In this document: piece by piece, positions 8,783 through 16,853 of the stretch
Numbering within the stretch: the stretch's first letter is position 1
Layout: the number at the start of each line of letters is the position of its first letter
From: a virus
Taxonomy: Duplodnaviria; Heunggongvirae; Uroviricota; Caudoviricetes
IMG/VR virus record: IMGVR_UViG_2690315831_000002
Direction: 5' to 3' (one strand)
DNA length: 37,164 nucleotides
Notes under the pieces: generated by a model
Seen by the model: only the letters and a program-made list of their open reading frames with translations
What the model was told of the DNA's origin: nothing
The model's database searches: none
Position numbers and translations under genes: made by a program

Positions 8783-9712
8783 ATGGCAAACACTGCTGAG
8801 ATATTCAATTTTCCAGTGCCGGATGAGGCACAAAAGGAGCCGCGCGTGGCAGATCTCGATGATGGTTATACGCGCATTGCAAATGAGTTGCTGGAAGCTG
8901 TGATGCTGGCCGGATTAACACAGCACCAGCTTCTGGTCTTCCTGGCTGTCATGCGCAAAACATATGGCTTTAATAAAAAACTGGATTGGGTGAGCAACGA
9001 GCAACTGTCCGAATTGACCGGGATATTGCCGCACAAGTGTTCTGCTGCAAAAAGTGTTCTGGTAAAGCGTGGGATTTTGATTCAGAGCGGGCGGAATATC
9101 GGTATTAATAATGTGGTCAGTGAATGGGCAACATTACCCGAATCAGGTAAGAAAAATAAAGTTTACCTGAAAGAGGTAAATTTACCTGAATCAGGTAAGA
9201 AAAGTTTACCCAAATCAGGTAAAGGCGTTTACCCGAATCAGGTAAACACAAAAGACAAACTAACAAAAGACAATATAAAACCTTTTTCGTCCGAGAATTC
9301 TGGCGAATCCTCTGACCAACCAGAAAACGATCTTCCTGTGGTGAAACCAGATGCTGCAATTCAGAGCGGCAGCAAATGGGGGACAGCAGAAGACCTGACC
9401 GCCGCAGAGTGGATGTTTGACATGGTGAAGACCATCGCGCCCTCAGCCAGAAAACCGAATTTTGCAGGGTGGGCTAACGATATCCGCCTGATGCGTGAAC
9501 GTGATGGACGTAACCACCGCGACATGTGCGTGCTGTTCCGCTGGGCATGCCAGGACAACTTCTGGTCCGGTAACGTGCTGAGTCCGGCCAAACTCCGCGA
9601 CAAGTGGACCCAGCTCGAAATCAACCGAAACAAGCAACAGGCTGGCGTGACAGCCGGCAAACCAAAACTCGACCTGACGAACACTGACTGGATTTACGGG
9701 GTGGATTTATGA
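8783..9712 (+). CDS. O: Replication initiator O (non-lambda N-terminal iteron-binding half, lambda-identical C-terminal half)
   Basis: ATG 8783 is preceded by GGAAGGA. The C-terminus (SSENSGESSDQPENDL.VVKPDAAIQSGSKWGTAEDL...NTDWIYGVDL) matches lambda O. The ori iterons lie inside the gene. Confidence 0.9.
   Translation: MANTAEIFNFPVPDEAQKEPRVADLDDGYTRIANELLEAVMLAGLTQHQLLVFLAVMRKTYGFNKKLDWVSNEQLSELTGILPHKCSAAKSVLVKRGILIQSGRNIGINNVVSEWATLPESGKKNKVYLKEVNLPESGKKSLPKSGKGVYPNQVNTKDKLTKDNIKPFSSENSGESSDQPENDLPVVKPDAAIQSGSKWGTAEDLTAAEWMFDMVKTIAPSARKPNFAGWANDIRLMRERDGRNHRDMCVLFRWACQDNFWSGNVLSPAKLRDKWTQLEINRNKQQAGVTAGKPKLDLTNTDWIYGVDL
9134..9245. repeat. Replication-origin iterons (5 copies) inside O
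   Basis: 17-bp units TTACC(C/T)RAANNAGGTAA start at 9134, 9163, 9182, 9206 and 9229. Each is an inverted repeat TTACC-N7-GGTAA. An A-rich tract follows at 9246-9290. Confidence 0.85.
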
Positions 9713-10410
9713 AAAACATCGCCGCACAGATGGTTAACTTTGACCGTGAGCAGATGCGCCGGATCGCCAACAATATGCCGGAACAGTACGACGAAAAGCC
9801 GCAGGTACAGCAGGTAGCGCAGATCATCAATGGTGTGTTCAGCCAGTTACTGGCAACTTTCCCTGCGAGCCTGGCTAACCGGGATCAGAACGAACTGAAC
9901 GAAATCCGCCGCCAGTGGGTTCTGGCTTTCCGGGAAAACGGGATCACCACAATGGAACAGGTTAACGCAGGAATGCGCGTAGCCCGTCGGCAGAATCGAC
10001 CATTCCTGCCATCACCCGGGCAGTTTGTTGCCTGGTGCCGGGAAGAAACATCCGTTACCGCTGGGCTGCCAAACGCCAGCGAGCTGGTTGATATGGTTTA
10101 CGAGTATTGCCGGAAGCGTGGCCTGTATCCGGACGCAGAGTCTTATCCATGGAAATCAAACGCGCACTACTGGTTGGTTACCAACCTGTACCAGAACATG
10201 CGGGCCAATGCGCTGACTGACGCGGAATTACGGCGTAAAGCTGCCGATGAGCTGACCTGTATGACCGCGCGAATTAACCGTGGTGAGGCGATACCTGAAC
10301 CAGTAAAACAACTTCCTGTCATGGGCGGTAGACCTCTAAATCGTGCACAGGCTCTGGCGAAGATCGCAGAAATCAAAGCTAAGTTCGGACTGAAAGGAGC
10401 AAGTGTATGA
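9709..10410 (+). CDS. P: Replication protein P (DnaB loader)
   Basis: 233 aa, near-identical to lambda P (MKNIAAQMVNFDREQMRRIANNMPEQYDEKPQVQQVAQIINGVFSQLLATFPAS...). Confidence 0.95.
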   Translation: MKNIAAQMVNFDREQMRRIANNMPEQYDEKPQVQQVAQIINGVFSQLLATFPASLANRDQNELNEIRRQWVLAFRENGITTMEQVNAGMRVARRQNRPFLPSPGQFVAWCREETSVTAGLPNASELVDMVYEYCRKRGLYPDAESYPWKSNAHYWLVTNLYQNMRANALTDAELRRKAADELTCMTARINRGEAIPEPVKQLPVMGGRPLNRAQALAKIAEIKAKFGLKGASV

Positions 10411-10442
10411 CGGGCAAAGAGGCAATTATTCATTATGAGTAA
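10407..10442 (+). pseudogene. ren: ren remnant (first 10 codons only)
   Basis: ATGACGGGCAAAGAGGCAATTATTCATTAT encodes MTGKEAIIHY, the N-terminus of lambda Ren. It overlaps the P stop as in lambda and ends in a stop two codons later, where low-GC DNA begins. Confidence 0.7.
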
Positions 10443-10508
10443 CTTTCTAAATTTTTTGAGCCAGATTAGTGGTCTTGGATTCAGTTTACGTCTCAGATAC
10501 TGAGAAGA

Positions 10509-10523
10509 ATCACAATTTGTGAT
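10509..10523. promoter_or_regulatory. 15-bp palindrome upstream of the PRTase-like gene (candidate operator)
   Basis: ATCACAA-T-TTGTGAT has perfect 7-bp arms and lies ~90 bp upstream of ATG 10614. No binding protein is assigned. Confidence 0.25.
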
Positions 10524-10613
10524 ACATGTTAACATTATGACTTTTAAGGCTTTAACTGAATTATTTTAAGAGTATTCTGACCCTTTCGTATCAATGCATG
10601 AACAGGAATCCAC

Positions 10614-11633
10614 ATGTGTTACAGTAATGTTACAGATCGTGATCTTATGGGGCAAATTGCTACTAAACTAAATGACTATCGAAACCCTCCTCAAGGTGGC
10701 ATGAGCATTGATCATGTTAATCGATGGATTAATCAATTTGAGTTAACTGATAGGCGATTTGTCTTAGAGGAAACGGACCGATTAATGGGGATTGGATACT
10801 TTTCTGAGAACGACTATCGCAGGGTTATTAGTAGTATCGCCACTGATGAGCAAAATGAAAGTTTCTTTCAAACTGCAGCGTTTCTCGATATTCAGAACCA
10901 AGGTACCAGTCAATCTGAGTTTTTGGATTTACTTCGAGATGATTGTGTAGAAGAATTCAACGTTGTGACCAGACTTTCACAACGTCAAAGAGTTAGTTCA
11001 TTCCGTGAATTTATTTACGTTGACGATGTTTTATTCTCCGGAGCTAAGGCAATCAATGATTTAATTTGGTTTATTGAGCACTTTAAACTCCAAAATATTA
11101 CAATATTGGTGTACTTTTTAGGTGGGCACACATATTCAACATGGAAGATAAAAGACCAACTTGAACGAAGATTTGCGGGCAGAAATATTTCAGTTGGCGT
11201 TGGTGGAGGTGAGTTTGTATTTGTTGAAAATAAACTCCGAAATAGTTCGAATTCGGAGGTTTTATGGCCAAAAGCGCAAAGTGTATCAATACCTGAATGG
11301 GCTGACGGTCAAATACATTATTTAGGAACATATCGAAACGGTTACGTCGCGAATAAAATTTTTCCTGATGAGCAGAGACGTGATCGTTTTGAAACTATTC
11401 TGACAAAAGTTGGGTTTGATATCCTTGGTCATAGTCAAAATCCCTCTGCTGTCATAAAGCCCTTAGGCTTTTCAACTTTCAATGGTGTTGGGTTTGGCGG
11501 AACTATCTTTACTTTCAGAAACTGCCCAAATAATACCCCTCTCGCGTACTGGTGGGGAACTTATCTTCGAACAGGAAATAGAGCTCTGGATTGCTGGTAT
11601 CCACTTATGAAGCGTAATGTGTATAATCGGTGA
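10614..11633 (+). CDS. Type I phosphoribosyltransferase-like (PRTase-fold) protein, function unknown
   Basis: 339 aa, low GC. The call rests on one motif: REFIYVDDVLFSGAKAINDL (aa 131-150), which resembles the PRPP-binding loop (hydrophobic run-DD-x-x-x-(S/T)G). The first ~130 and last ~190 aa are unassigned. Confidence 0.45.
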   Translation: MCYSNVTDRDLMGQIATKLNDYRNPPQGGMSIDHVNRWINQFELTDRRFVLEETDRLMGIGYFSENDYRRVISSIATDEQNESFFQTAAFLDIQNQGTSQSEFLDLLRDDCVEEFNVVTRLSQRQRVSSFREFIYVDDVLFSGAKAINDLIWFIEHFKLQNITILVYFLGGHTYSTWKIKDQLERRFAGRNISVGVGGGEFVFVENKLRNSSNSEVLWPKAQSVSIPEWADGQIHYLGTYRNGYVANKIFPDEQRRDRFETILTKVGFDILGHSQNPSAVIKPLGFSTFNGVGFGGTIFTFRNCPNNTPLAYWWGTYLRTGNRALDCWYPLMKRNVYNR

Positions 11634-12247
11634 TCATGAGCTATAGACTATACCTGTTTCACAACACAGTTTCTTTCAGGAAAACCACCGAGAAATGGGG
11701 TGGTCTTTCCAACATGGCCAAAGGATATCCGCTCTTCGTTAATGGTATACCCATTCAATCGAGTGAAATTCTTTACCAAGCATGCCGATATCCAGACTAT
11801 CCAGATATCCAAAGGGTTATTATTACCCAAGCCAACCCTTACGAAGCTAAACAAACCGCCAGAACCTTCGAGGCCAAAACCCGTACTGGTTGGGAAAAAA
11901 ATCGAGTTTCGGTAATGAAATGGTGTGTCTGCGTTAAGCTTTGCCAGAACTGGGAATCGTTCTTCGCGCTATTGGATAGCACAGGAGATCATGACATTGT
12001 TGAGCACTCAGAGAAGGACCAATTTTGGGGGGCTAGTAAGGACTCCGAAGGTAACTTTTATGGCATGAACGTGTTAGGTCGTATCCTTATGGATGCGAGA
12101 GATATTGCAAGAAAGAAGGGGCCTGCAGGGTTTGCTACGATACCGCCGCTACCCTTGGATAGGTTTCTTCTGCTCGGGGAGCAAATACGTGATGTCACTT
12201 TCTCTCCACCACCGATGGATTCAGGGCAAAGCTTATCGCTTTTTTAA
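11630..12247 (+). CDS. NADAR (DUF1768, YbiA-like) domain protein
   Basis: It aligns by eye to E. coli YbiA along the whole domain: LSNMA..P..VNG....SSEILYQACRY versus FSNFA..PI.VDG.WPTSEHYFQAQKF, and IVEHSEKDQFWGA...G.NVLGRILMDAR versus LVEHTENDAYWGD...GKNRLGYLLMELR. The start is GTG 11630 (overlapping the upstream stop) or ATG 11636. Confidence 0.8.
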   Translation: MIMSYRLYLFHNTVSFRKTTEKWGGLSNMAKGYPLFVNGIPIQSSEILYQACRYPDYPDIQRVIITQANPYEAKQTARTFEAKTRTGWEKNRVSVMKWCVCVKLCQNWESFFALLDSTGDHDIVEHSEKDQFWGASKDSEGNFYGMNVLGRILMDARDIARKKGPAGFATIPPLPLDRFLLLGEQIRDVTFSPPPMDSGQSLSLF

Positions 12248-12288
12248 TGTGGCTGTTGTTCCTCTCTCGGTCGTGACAGTTCTGCAAC

Positions 12289-12309
12289 CCCGCTTTGGCG
12301 GATTTTTTA
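12289..12309 (+). terminator. Weak terminator-like hairpin after the NADAR gene
   Basis: CCGC-tttg-GCGG is followed by ATTTTTT. The stem is only 4 bp. Confidence 0.25.
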
Positions 12310-12531
12310 TAAATTATGCAACTTATTGACTTGATACCGATATTTCAGACTTTAACATAGCAGCCAAAATCTAGGACGAAGGCGACAAAGTAAACGTTGA
12401 ATTGGCTGCCATCGGCGTAGCGTTCAAAGAGTGGATGAATATGTCGGTTATAGCGGAAGCGGTGATGCGTGAGCAGACATCGCTCTGCCCAAGGCATCCG
12501 CCCCTCGACATCTTAAGCAGGAAGGTGAAAA

Positions 12532-13014
12532 ATGATAAGTGCAGAAGGACTGCAGCGGTTACTTAATTTATCGGAGCCTCCATCTGATGAACTGATTGAT
12601 GTTTATCTTCAATTCAGCATGATTTTTCCTAGGGTCGAACAAAGTTTTTTTGGTGGCTTTGCTAAGGGGGAAGACAGTTTAAATTATGCTCGAACGTTAC
12701 TTGACGCCGGGATAAAGGTGCCCAACGAACTTTTTCACGATTTTAAGCAGAGATACATTTTGAACGGGGATGCGCAGGAAAGACTTGACGCCCTCTGTTT
12801 CGGTCGAGAGAGAGATAAGCGGGGAATAGTTAATGGGCTTCAAAATGACGCAGCAACAGATCTAAACACCATGTCTACAGTATTAAAGATAGTTATAAGG
12901 ATAAGAAATAACCTTTTCCACGGAAATAAAGACGCTTATCTTTTTGTTGATTCTCAAGAGCAAGCGCAACTATTGAGATGGTGCGTGAGATTTCTCCAAG
13001 GATTATTAAATTAA
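12532..13014 (+). CDS. Small HEPN-domain protein (Rx4H motif)
   Basis: 160 aa, predicted helical. R125-NNLF-H130 lies within [12 protein letters not shown], near the C-terminus as in HEPN RNases. AGGAAGGTG precedes the ATG. Confidence 0.55.
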   Translation: MISAEGLQRLLNLSEPPSDELIDVYLQFSMIFPRVEQSFFGGFAKGEDSLNYARTLLDAGIKVPNELFHDFKQRYILNGDAQERLDALCFGRERDKRGIVNGLQNDAATDLNTMSTVLKIVIRIRNNLFHGNKDAYLFVDSQEQAQLLRWCVRFLQGLLN

Positions 13015-13203
13015 TCTGCCTTTGATTTTCACTAATCAACTCGCCATAATCATGTCATCGGAGCCTGAACAACTCCGGTGACTTCTGCGCTAAACGGGGA
13101 CGTTTATGCGCACATACAATCCAAACTCTCTTCTCCCTTCACAGATGCAGAAATGCACCTGCGATTTTTTGCATCCAGCGCCTGACCTCTGCGGAGGTGA
13201 AGC

Positions 13204-13659
13204 GTGAACCTACCACAAGATGGCATCAAACTGCATCGTGGTAACTTCACCGCTATCGGTCAGCAGATCCAGCCTTATCTGGAGGACGGCAAATGCTTTC
13301 GCATGGTGCTTAAACCGTGGCGCGAGAGACGCAGTCTTTCCCAGAATGCACTTAGCCACATGTGGTACAGCGAAATCAGTGAATACCTCATAAGCAGGGG
13401 GAAATCGTTCGCTACTGCAGCATGGGTAAAAGATGCTCTCAAACACACATACCTCGGTTATGAAACCAAAGACCTGGTTGATGTCGTAACCGGTGAAATC
13501 ACCACTATTCAGTCGTTACGCCATACCTCCGATCTTGATACCGGAGAGATGTATGTCTTCCTGTGTAAGGTTGAAGCCTGGGCGATGAATATTGGCTGCC
13601 ACCTGACTATTCCGCCGAGCTGCGAGTTCGAGCTGCTGCGCGACAAGCAGGAGGCGTAA
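13204..13659 (+). CDS. ybcN: YbcN-family nin-region protein (DLP12 type)
   Basis: 151 aa with a GTG start. [59 protein letters not shown] is recognised as near-identical to E. coli YbcN. Confidence 0.85.
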   Translation: MNLPQDGIKLHRGNFTAIGQQIQPYLEDGKCFRMVLKPWRERRSLSQNALSHMWYSEISEYLISRGKSFATAAWVKDALKHTYLGYETKDLVDVVTGEITTIQSLRHTSDLDTGEMYVFLCKVEAWAMNIGCHLTIPPSCEFELLRDKQEA

Positions 13660-13829
13660 TGGCTACACCGCTTATTCGTGTCATGAACGGGCACATTTAC
13701 AGAGTACCAAATCGTCGTAAGCGTAAACCTGAGCTGAAGCCTTCCGAAATACCAACACTGCTCGGATATACCGCCAGCCTGGTTGATAAAAAATGGTTGC
13801 GACTGGCAGCAAGGAGGAATCATGGCTGA
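13659..13829 (+). CDS. ninE: NinE
   Basis: This 56-aa ORF is absent from the track. [56 protein letters not shown] matches DLP12 NinE. It has a TAATG overlap with ybcN. Confidence 0.8.
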   Translation: MATPLIRVMNGHIYRVPNRRKRKPELKPSEIPTLLGYTASLVDKKWLRLAARRNHG

Positions 13830-14112
13830 TTTGAGAAAAGCAGCGCGTGGTCGGGAATGCCAGGTAAGAATCCCTGGCGTATGTAATGGCAACCCTGAAA
13901 CGTCTGTACTGGCACATATCCGGCTGGCTGGATTGTGCGGCACCGGTATTAAACCGCCAGACCTTATTGCCACCATTGCCTGTTCTGCCTGTCACGACGA
14001 AATCGACCGCCGCACGCATTTTGTCGATGCTGAGTACGCAAAAGAATGCGCGCTGGAAGGTATGGCGAGAACGCAGGTTATCTGGCTGAAAGAGGGGGTA
14101 ATCAAGGCGTGA
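13822..14112 (+). CDS. ybcO: YbcO (DUF1364) nin-region protein
   Basis: 96 aa from ATG 13822 ([32 protein letters not shown]...), recognised as DLP12 YbcO. Confidence 0.8.
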   Translation: MADLRKAARGRECQVRIPGVCNGNPETSVLAHIRLAGLCGTGIKPPDLIATIACSACHDEIDRRTHFVDAEYAKECALEGMARTQVIWLKEGVIKA

Positions 14113-14471
14113 ATACTTACCACATCACACTACCCTGGCCGCCGAGCAATAACCGCTACTACAGGCATAATCGCGGGCGCACGCACATCAGCGCAGAAGG
14201 GCAGGCATACCGTGATAACGTCGCCCGAATCATTAAAGGCTCAATGCTGGATATCGGTCTGGCTATGCCTGTGAAAATCCGCATTGAGTGCCACATGCCG
14301 GATCGCCGTCGCCGTGACCTGGATAATCTGCAAAAAGCCGCTTTTGACGCACTCACTAAAGCAGGTTTCTGGCTGGATGATGAGCTGGTCGTTGATTACC
14401 GCGTTGTGAAGATGCCTGTTACCAAAGGTGGGAAGCTGGAACTGACCATCACTGAACTGGGGAATGAATGA
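14109..14471 (+). CDS. rusA: RusA Holliday-junction resolvase
   Basis: 120 aa from GTG 14109. [41 protein letters not shown]...[22 protein letters not shown] is near-identical to E. coli RusA. Confidence 0.9.
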   Translation: MNTYHITLPWPPSNNRYYRHNRGRTHISAEGQAYRDNVARIIKGSMLDIGLAMPVKIRIECHMPDRRRRDLDNLQKAAFDALTKAGFWLDDELVVDYRVVKMPVTKGGKLELTITELGNE

Positions 14472-14608
14472 TGTTTGAGTCTTATATGGCAGAACGTATT
14501 CGCCACCGCTGGATACGCCTGCGCTTATATCGTTTCCCCGGTTCTGTTTTGACCGATTACCGGATACTGAAGAATTACGCCAAAACACTGAAAGGAGCTG
14601 CCGCATGA
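14468..14608 (+). CDS. ylcG: YlcG small protein
   Basis: This 46-aa ORF is absent from the track. [46 protein letters not shown] resembles DLP12 YlcG. It overlaps the rusA stop and the Q start. Confidence 0.7.
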   Translation: MMFESYMAERIRHRWIRLRLYRFPGSVLTDYRILKNYAKTLKGAAA

Positions 14609-15294
14609 ATACCCAATATTTACAGTATGTCCGCGAGCAACTCATTGTGGCTACTGCTGATTTGAGCGGAGCAACGAAAGGCCAGCTTGAAGCCTGGCTG
14701 GAGCATGCACAATTTGATACTGGTACATATAAACGAAAGAAGCTGCGCATTCTGGATGAGGTAACGGGCAAGATGATTACGCTGGATAATCCGCCGATTT
14801 CCGGTAAGCAGTCGTACGCAAAAGGTTCATCCATTGCACTGGTCAGCCAGGTTGAGTTCTCAACATCTTCATGGCGCCGCGCGGTTCTGTCTCTCGAAGA
14901 ACATCAGAAAGCGTGGTTGCTGTGGAGTTACAGTGAAAACATCAGCTTTGAATACCAGGTGGCGATCACCCAGTGGGCGTGGTCTGAATTCAGGGGGTAT
15001 CTCGGCGCGAAGAGGGTGGCAGGCAAGACCATGGAGCGCCTGAAGAAGCTGATATGGTTGGCAGCGCAGGATGTGAAGAGCGAGCTGGCTGGGCGTGAGA
15101 CTTATGAATACCGGGAACTGGCATCACTGGTGGGAGTGACATCAAAAAACTGGTCTGAGACATTCACTGAACGCTGGGTTGCAATGAAGCACATTTTTCT
15201 ACAGCTTGATAGCGAAGCTTTATTGCTTGTAACGAGAACACGTTCAAAACAAAAGACCACATTTTCACAGCAAAGTATTGCAAAACTGGATTAA
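14605..15294 (+). CDS. Putative late-gene antiterminator (Q-like)
   Basis: 229 aa in the Q position, after rusA/ylcG and before the lysis genes. My impression of similarity to Qin/phi80-type Q proteins is from memory only. Confidence 0.6.
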   Translation: MNTQYLQYVREQLIVATADLSGATKGQLEAWLEHAQFDTGTYKRKKLRILDEVTGKMITLDNPPISGKQSYAKGSSIALVSQVEFSTSSWRRAVLSLEEHQKAWLLWSYSENISFEYQVAITQWAWSEFRGYLGAKRVAGKTMERLKKLIWLAAQDVKSELAGRETYEYRELASLVGVTSKNWSETFTERWVAMKHIFLQLDSEALLLVTRTRSKQKTTFSQQSIAKLD

Positions 15295-15367
15295 AAAGCA
15301 TATATTTCATGTAAATCTGATATTCTGCCAATGTTGCATGTGCAACTGTTCGTAGATGTAGTAAGGG

Positions 15368-15396
15368 TTGACTATCCAATTTCTAGGATATAGATT
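15368..15396 (+). promoter_or_regulatory. Candidate late promoter PR'
   Basis: TTGACT (15368-15373), a 17-nt spacer, then TAGATT (15391-15396), 74 bp downstream of the Q stop. Lambda PR' also has TTGACT as its -35. Confidence 0.4.
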
Positions 15397-15515
15397 TTTC
15401 TGCAATAAAGGTTTTGGGAATGAAGGGGCGGCTCCCAAAAGATAACCGCCAAGTTGGTAACTTCGACTCGATAATTGGTCTGGGACTCCAACCGTGTCGG
15501 CTGAGAGGTCGACGT

Positions 15516-16319
15516 CTATTTCTTTTTGGGAAGTGGATACTTTAAGCTAACATTTTGAGTTTCTATATCTCGTGGCCCTCGAGTTTTATCATAAAAATAC
15601 CAGATATTAAATTTTCTCTCAGTGTGCCATGTATCATATTGCAAGTGATCCCAGCCTAAATATGAAGCAACATAGTTTGATACTCTTATTTTGGCTTCAG
15701 ATGAAGCTTTTCCTTGATATGCGCACATAACCGCACCTAAGAAAAAATCGGCTAGCTGAATGTTTTCAGATGCTTTAGAGTCTTTTGTCACTACACTGCT
15801 GATTATCCCTTTACGACCAAATTTTCTATTCAATATGTTATTGGCAATAACATTTAGTTCTTCATCAGCCTTTTTATAACGAGATGCGATAGGATCAACT
15901 TCAATCCTGAAGTAACTGTCTCTTTCAGGGTGTGCAGAAATTACAGAGCTAATTTTTGTGGTAATGAGATTTGTGAAGTGCTTTCTCCTTGCCAGGTCAT
16001 AATCTCCATTATGAAATGCCTTATTTACTATTGATTTTTCAACCACGATACAATGAAAAGCTAGCCAAGGAACTCTAAAGAATAAGTCGATCAGCTCAAG
16101 ATAAAATTCAGAGTATCTTTTTGAATGGGCTTTTTGCCATTTTATTTCTTCAAAAAAAACATGTTTTCTGCGTAGTTCTCTGATTAGTTGACAGAAATCC
16201 CCACGGCGTTGGTACTTCATCCACAGACTGCCAAAGCCGTAGAAACGTTGTCCATCAATGCCAGATTCATCGCAAGCAATATGCCAAATTAACTTACCAA
16301 TGTTATCTTTTTCTGTCAT
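15516..16319 (-). CDS. DUF3800-like protein
   Basis: 267 aa in a low-GC island. It has the N-terminal CDESG motif (IACDESGIDG) and the C-terminal QLADFFLGAV motif typical of DUF3800. It is antisense to the late operon. Confidence 0.6.
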   Translation of the reverse strand: MTEKDNIGKLIWHIACDESGIDGQRFYGFGSLWMKYQRRGDFCQLIRELRRKHVFFEEIKWQKAHSKRYSEFYLELIDLFFRVPWLAFHCIVVEKSIVNKAFHNGDYDLARRKHFTNLITTKISSVISAHPERDSYFRIEVDPIASRYKKADEELNVIANNILNRKFGRKGIISSVVTKDSKASENIQLADFFLGAVMCAYQGKASSEAKIRVSNYVASYLGWDHLQYDTWHTERKFNIWYFYDKTRGPRDIETQNVSLKYPLPKKK

Positions 16320-16547
16320 CTGCTGGTAATACTCTTAGTCCTTAAAGCATAGTATTTAACCATACATGTAACTCATTGATAAAGATCGTTTTATGCAAGT
16401 TGCATATATTGGTTTTTGAAGGCCATTCGCTTGGTTATAAGATTTTTTAGTTATTTTGAATTGACTGTTTATAACAATATTTCCCATGTAAGTTTTTAAT
16501 CATTAGCGTCCCGGCCTTTCGTCGGCGGCGAAACATTGGCTATTCAT

Positions 16548-16853
16548 ATGCACGAAAAAGAGAGCCTTGCCGGAGCGTTCTGGCTCGTTTTGCTGATCAT
16601 CGCAGGTTGGGGCGGTCTGGTCCGCTACCTGATAGATGTGAAGCAGAGTAAAGCAACGTGGAGTTGGATAAATGCTCTGGCTCAGATAGTGGTATCGGGA
16701 TTCACCGGTGTTATTGGTGGCCTGATCAGTATCGAAAGTGGATTCAGTATTTACATGATTCTCGCGACAGCGGGGATTAGTGGTGCGATGGGTTCGGTTG
16801 CACTGACGTACTTCTGGGAACGACTGACAGGGGTGAAAAATGCAAAATCTTAA
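16548..16853 (+). CDS. Class I holin (three predicted TM helices)
   Basis: It lies directly upstream of endolysin R and overlaps it. The three hydrophobic segments are AFWLVLLIIAGWGGLV, ALAQIVVSGFTGVIGGLISI and IYMILATAGISGAMGSVALTYFW. ATG 16548 is preferred over TTG 16536. Confidence 0.75.
   Translation: MHEKESLAGAFWLVLLIIAGWGGLVRYLIDVKQSKATWSWINALAQIVVSGFTGVIGGLISIESGFSIYMILATAGISGAMGSVALTYFWERLTGVKNAKS

Noticed and set aside
9117-9290. Regularly spaced 17-bp repeats that could be mistaken for a small CRISPR array
   Set aside because: The repeats are palindromic TTACC-N7-GGTAA units at irregular 19-29-bp spacing inside the O gene, with an adjacent A-rich tract. This is the classical lambdoid ori iteron architecture. 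No cas genes are present.
10167-10535. 122-aa minus-strand ORF spanning the end of P and the ren remnant
   Set aside because: Most of it is antisense to the lambda-identical P gene. The rest crosses a composition boundary, and no motif is present.
10614-13014. Retron, DarTG or HEPN-MNT assignment for the PRTase-like/NADAR/HEPN island
   Set aside because: The island contains no reverse transcriptase or msr/msd-like structured region, no DarT-like ADP-ribosyltransferase ORF and no MNT nucleotidyltransferase.
15400-15515. Possible tRNA or small RNA downstream of PR' (lambdoid phages often carry tRNAs after Q)
   Set aside because: I could not fold a cloverleaf. There is no GTTCGAATC-type T-arm or matching acceptor stem.
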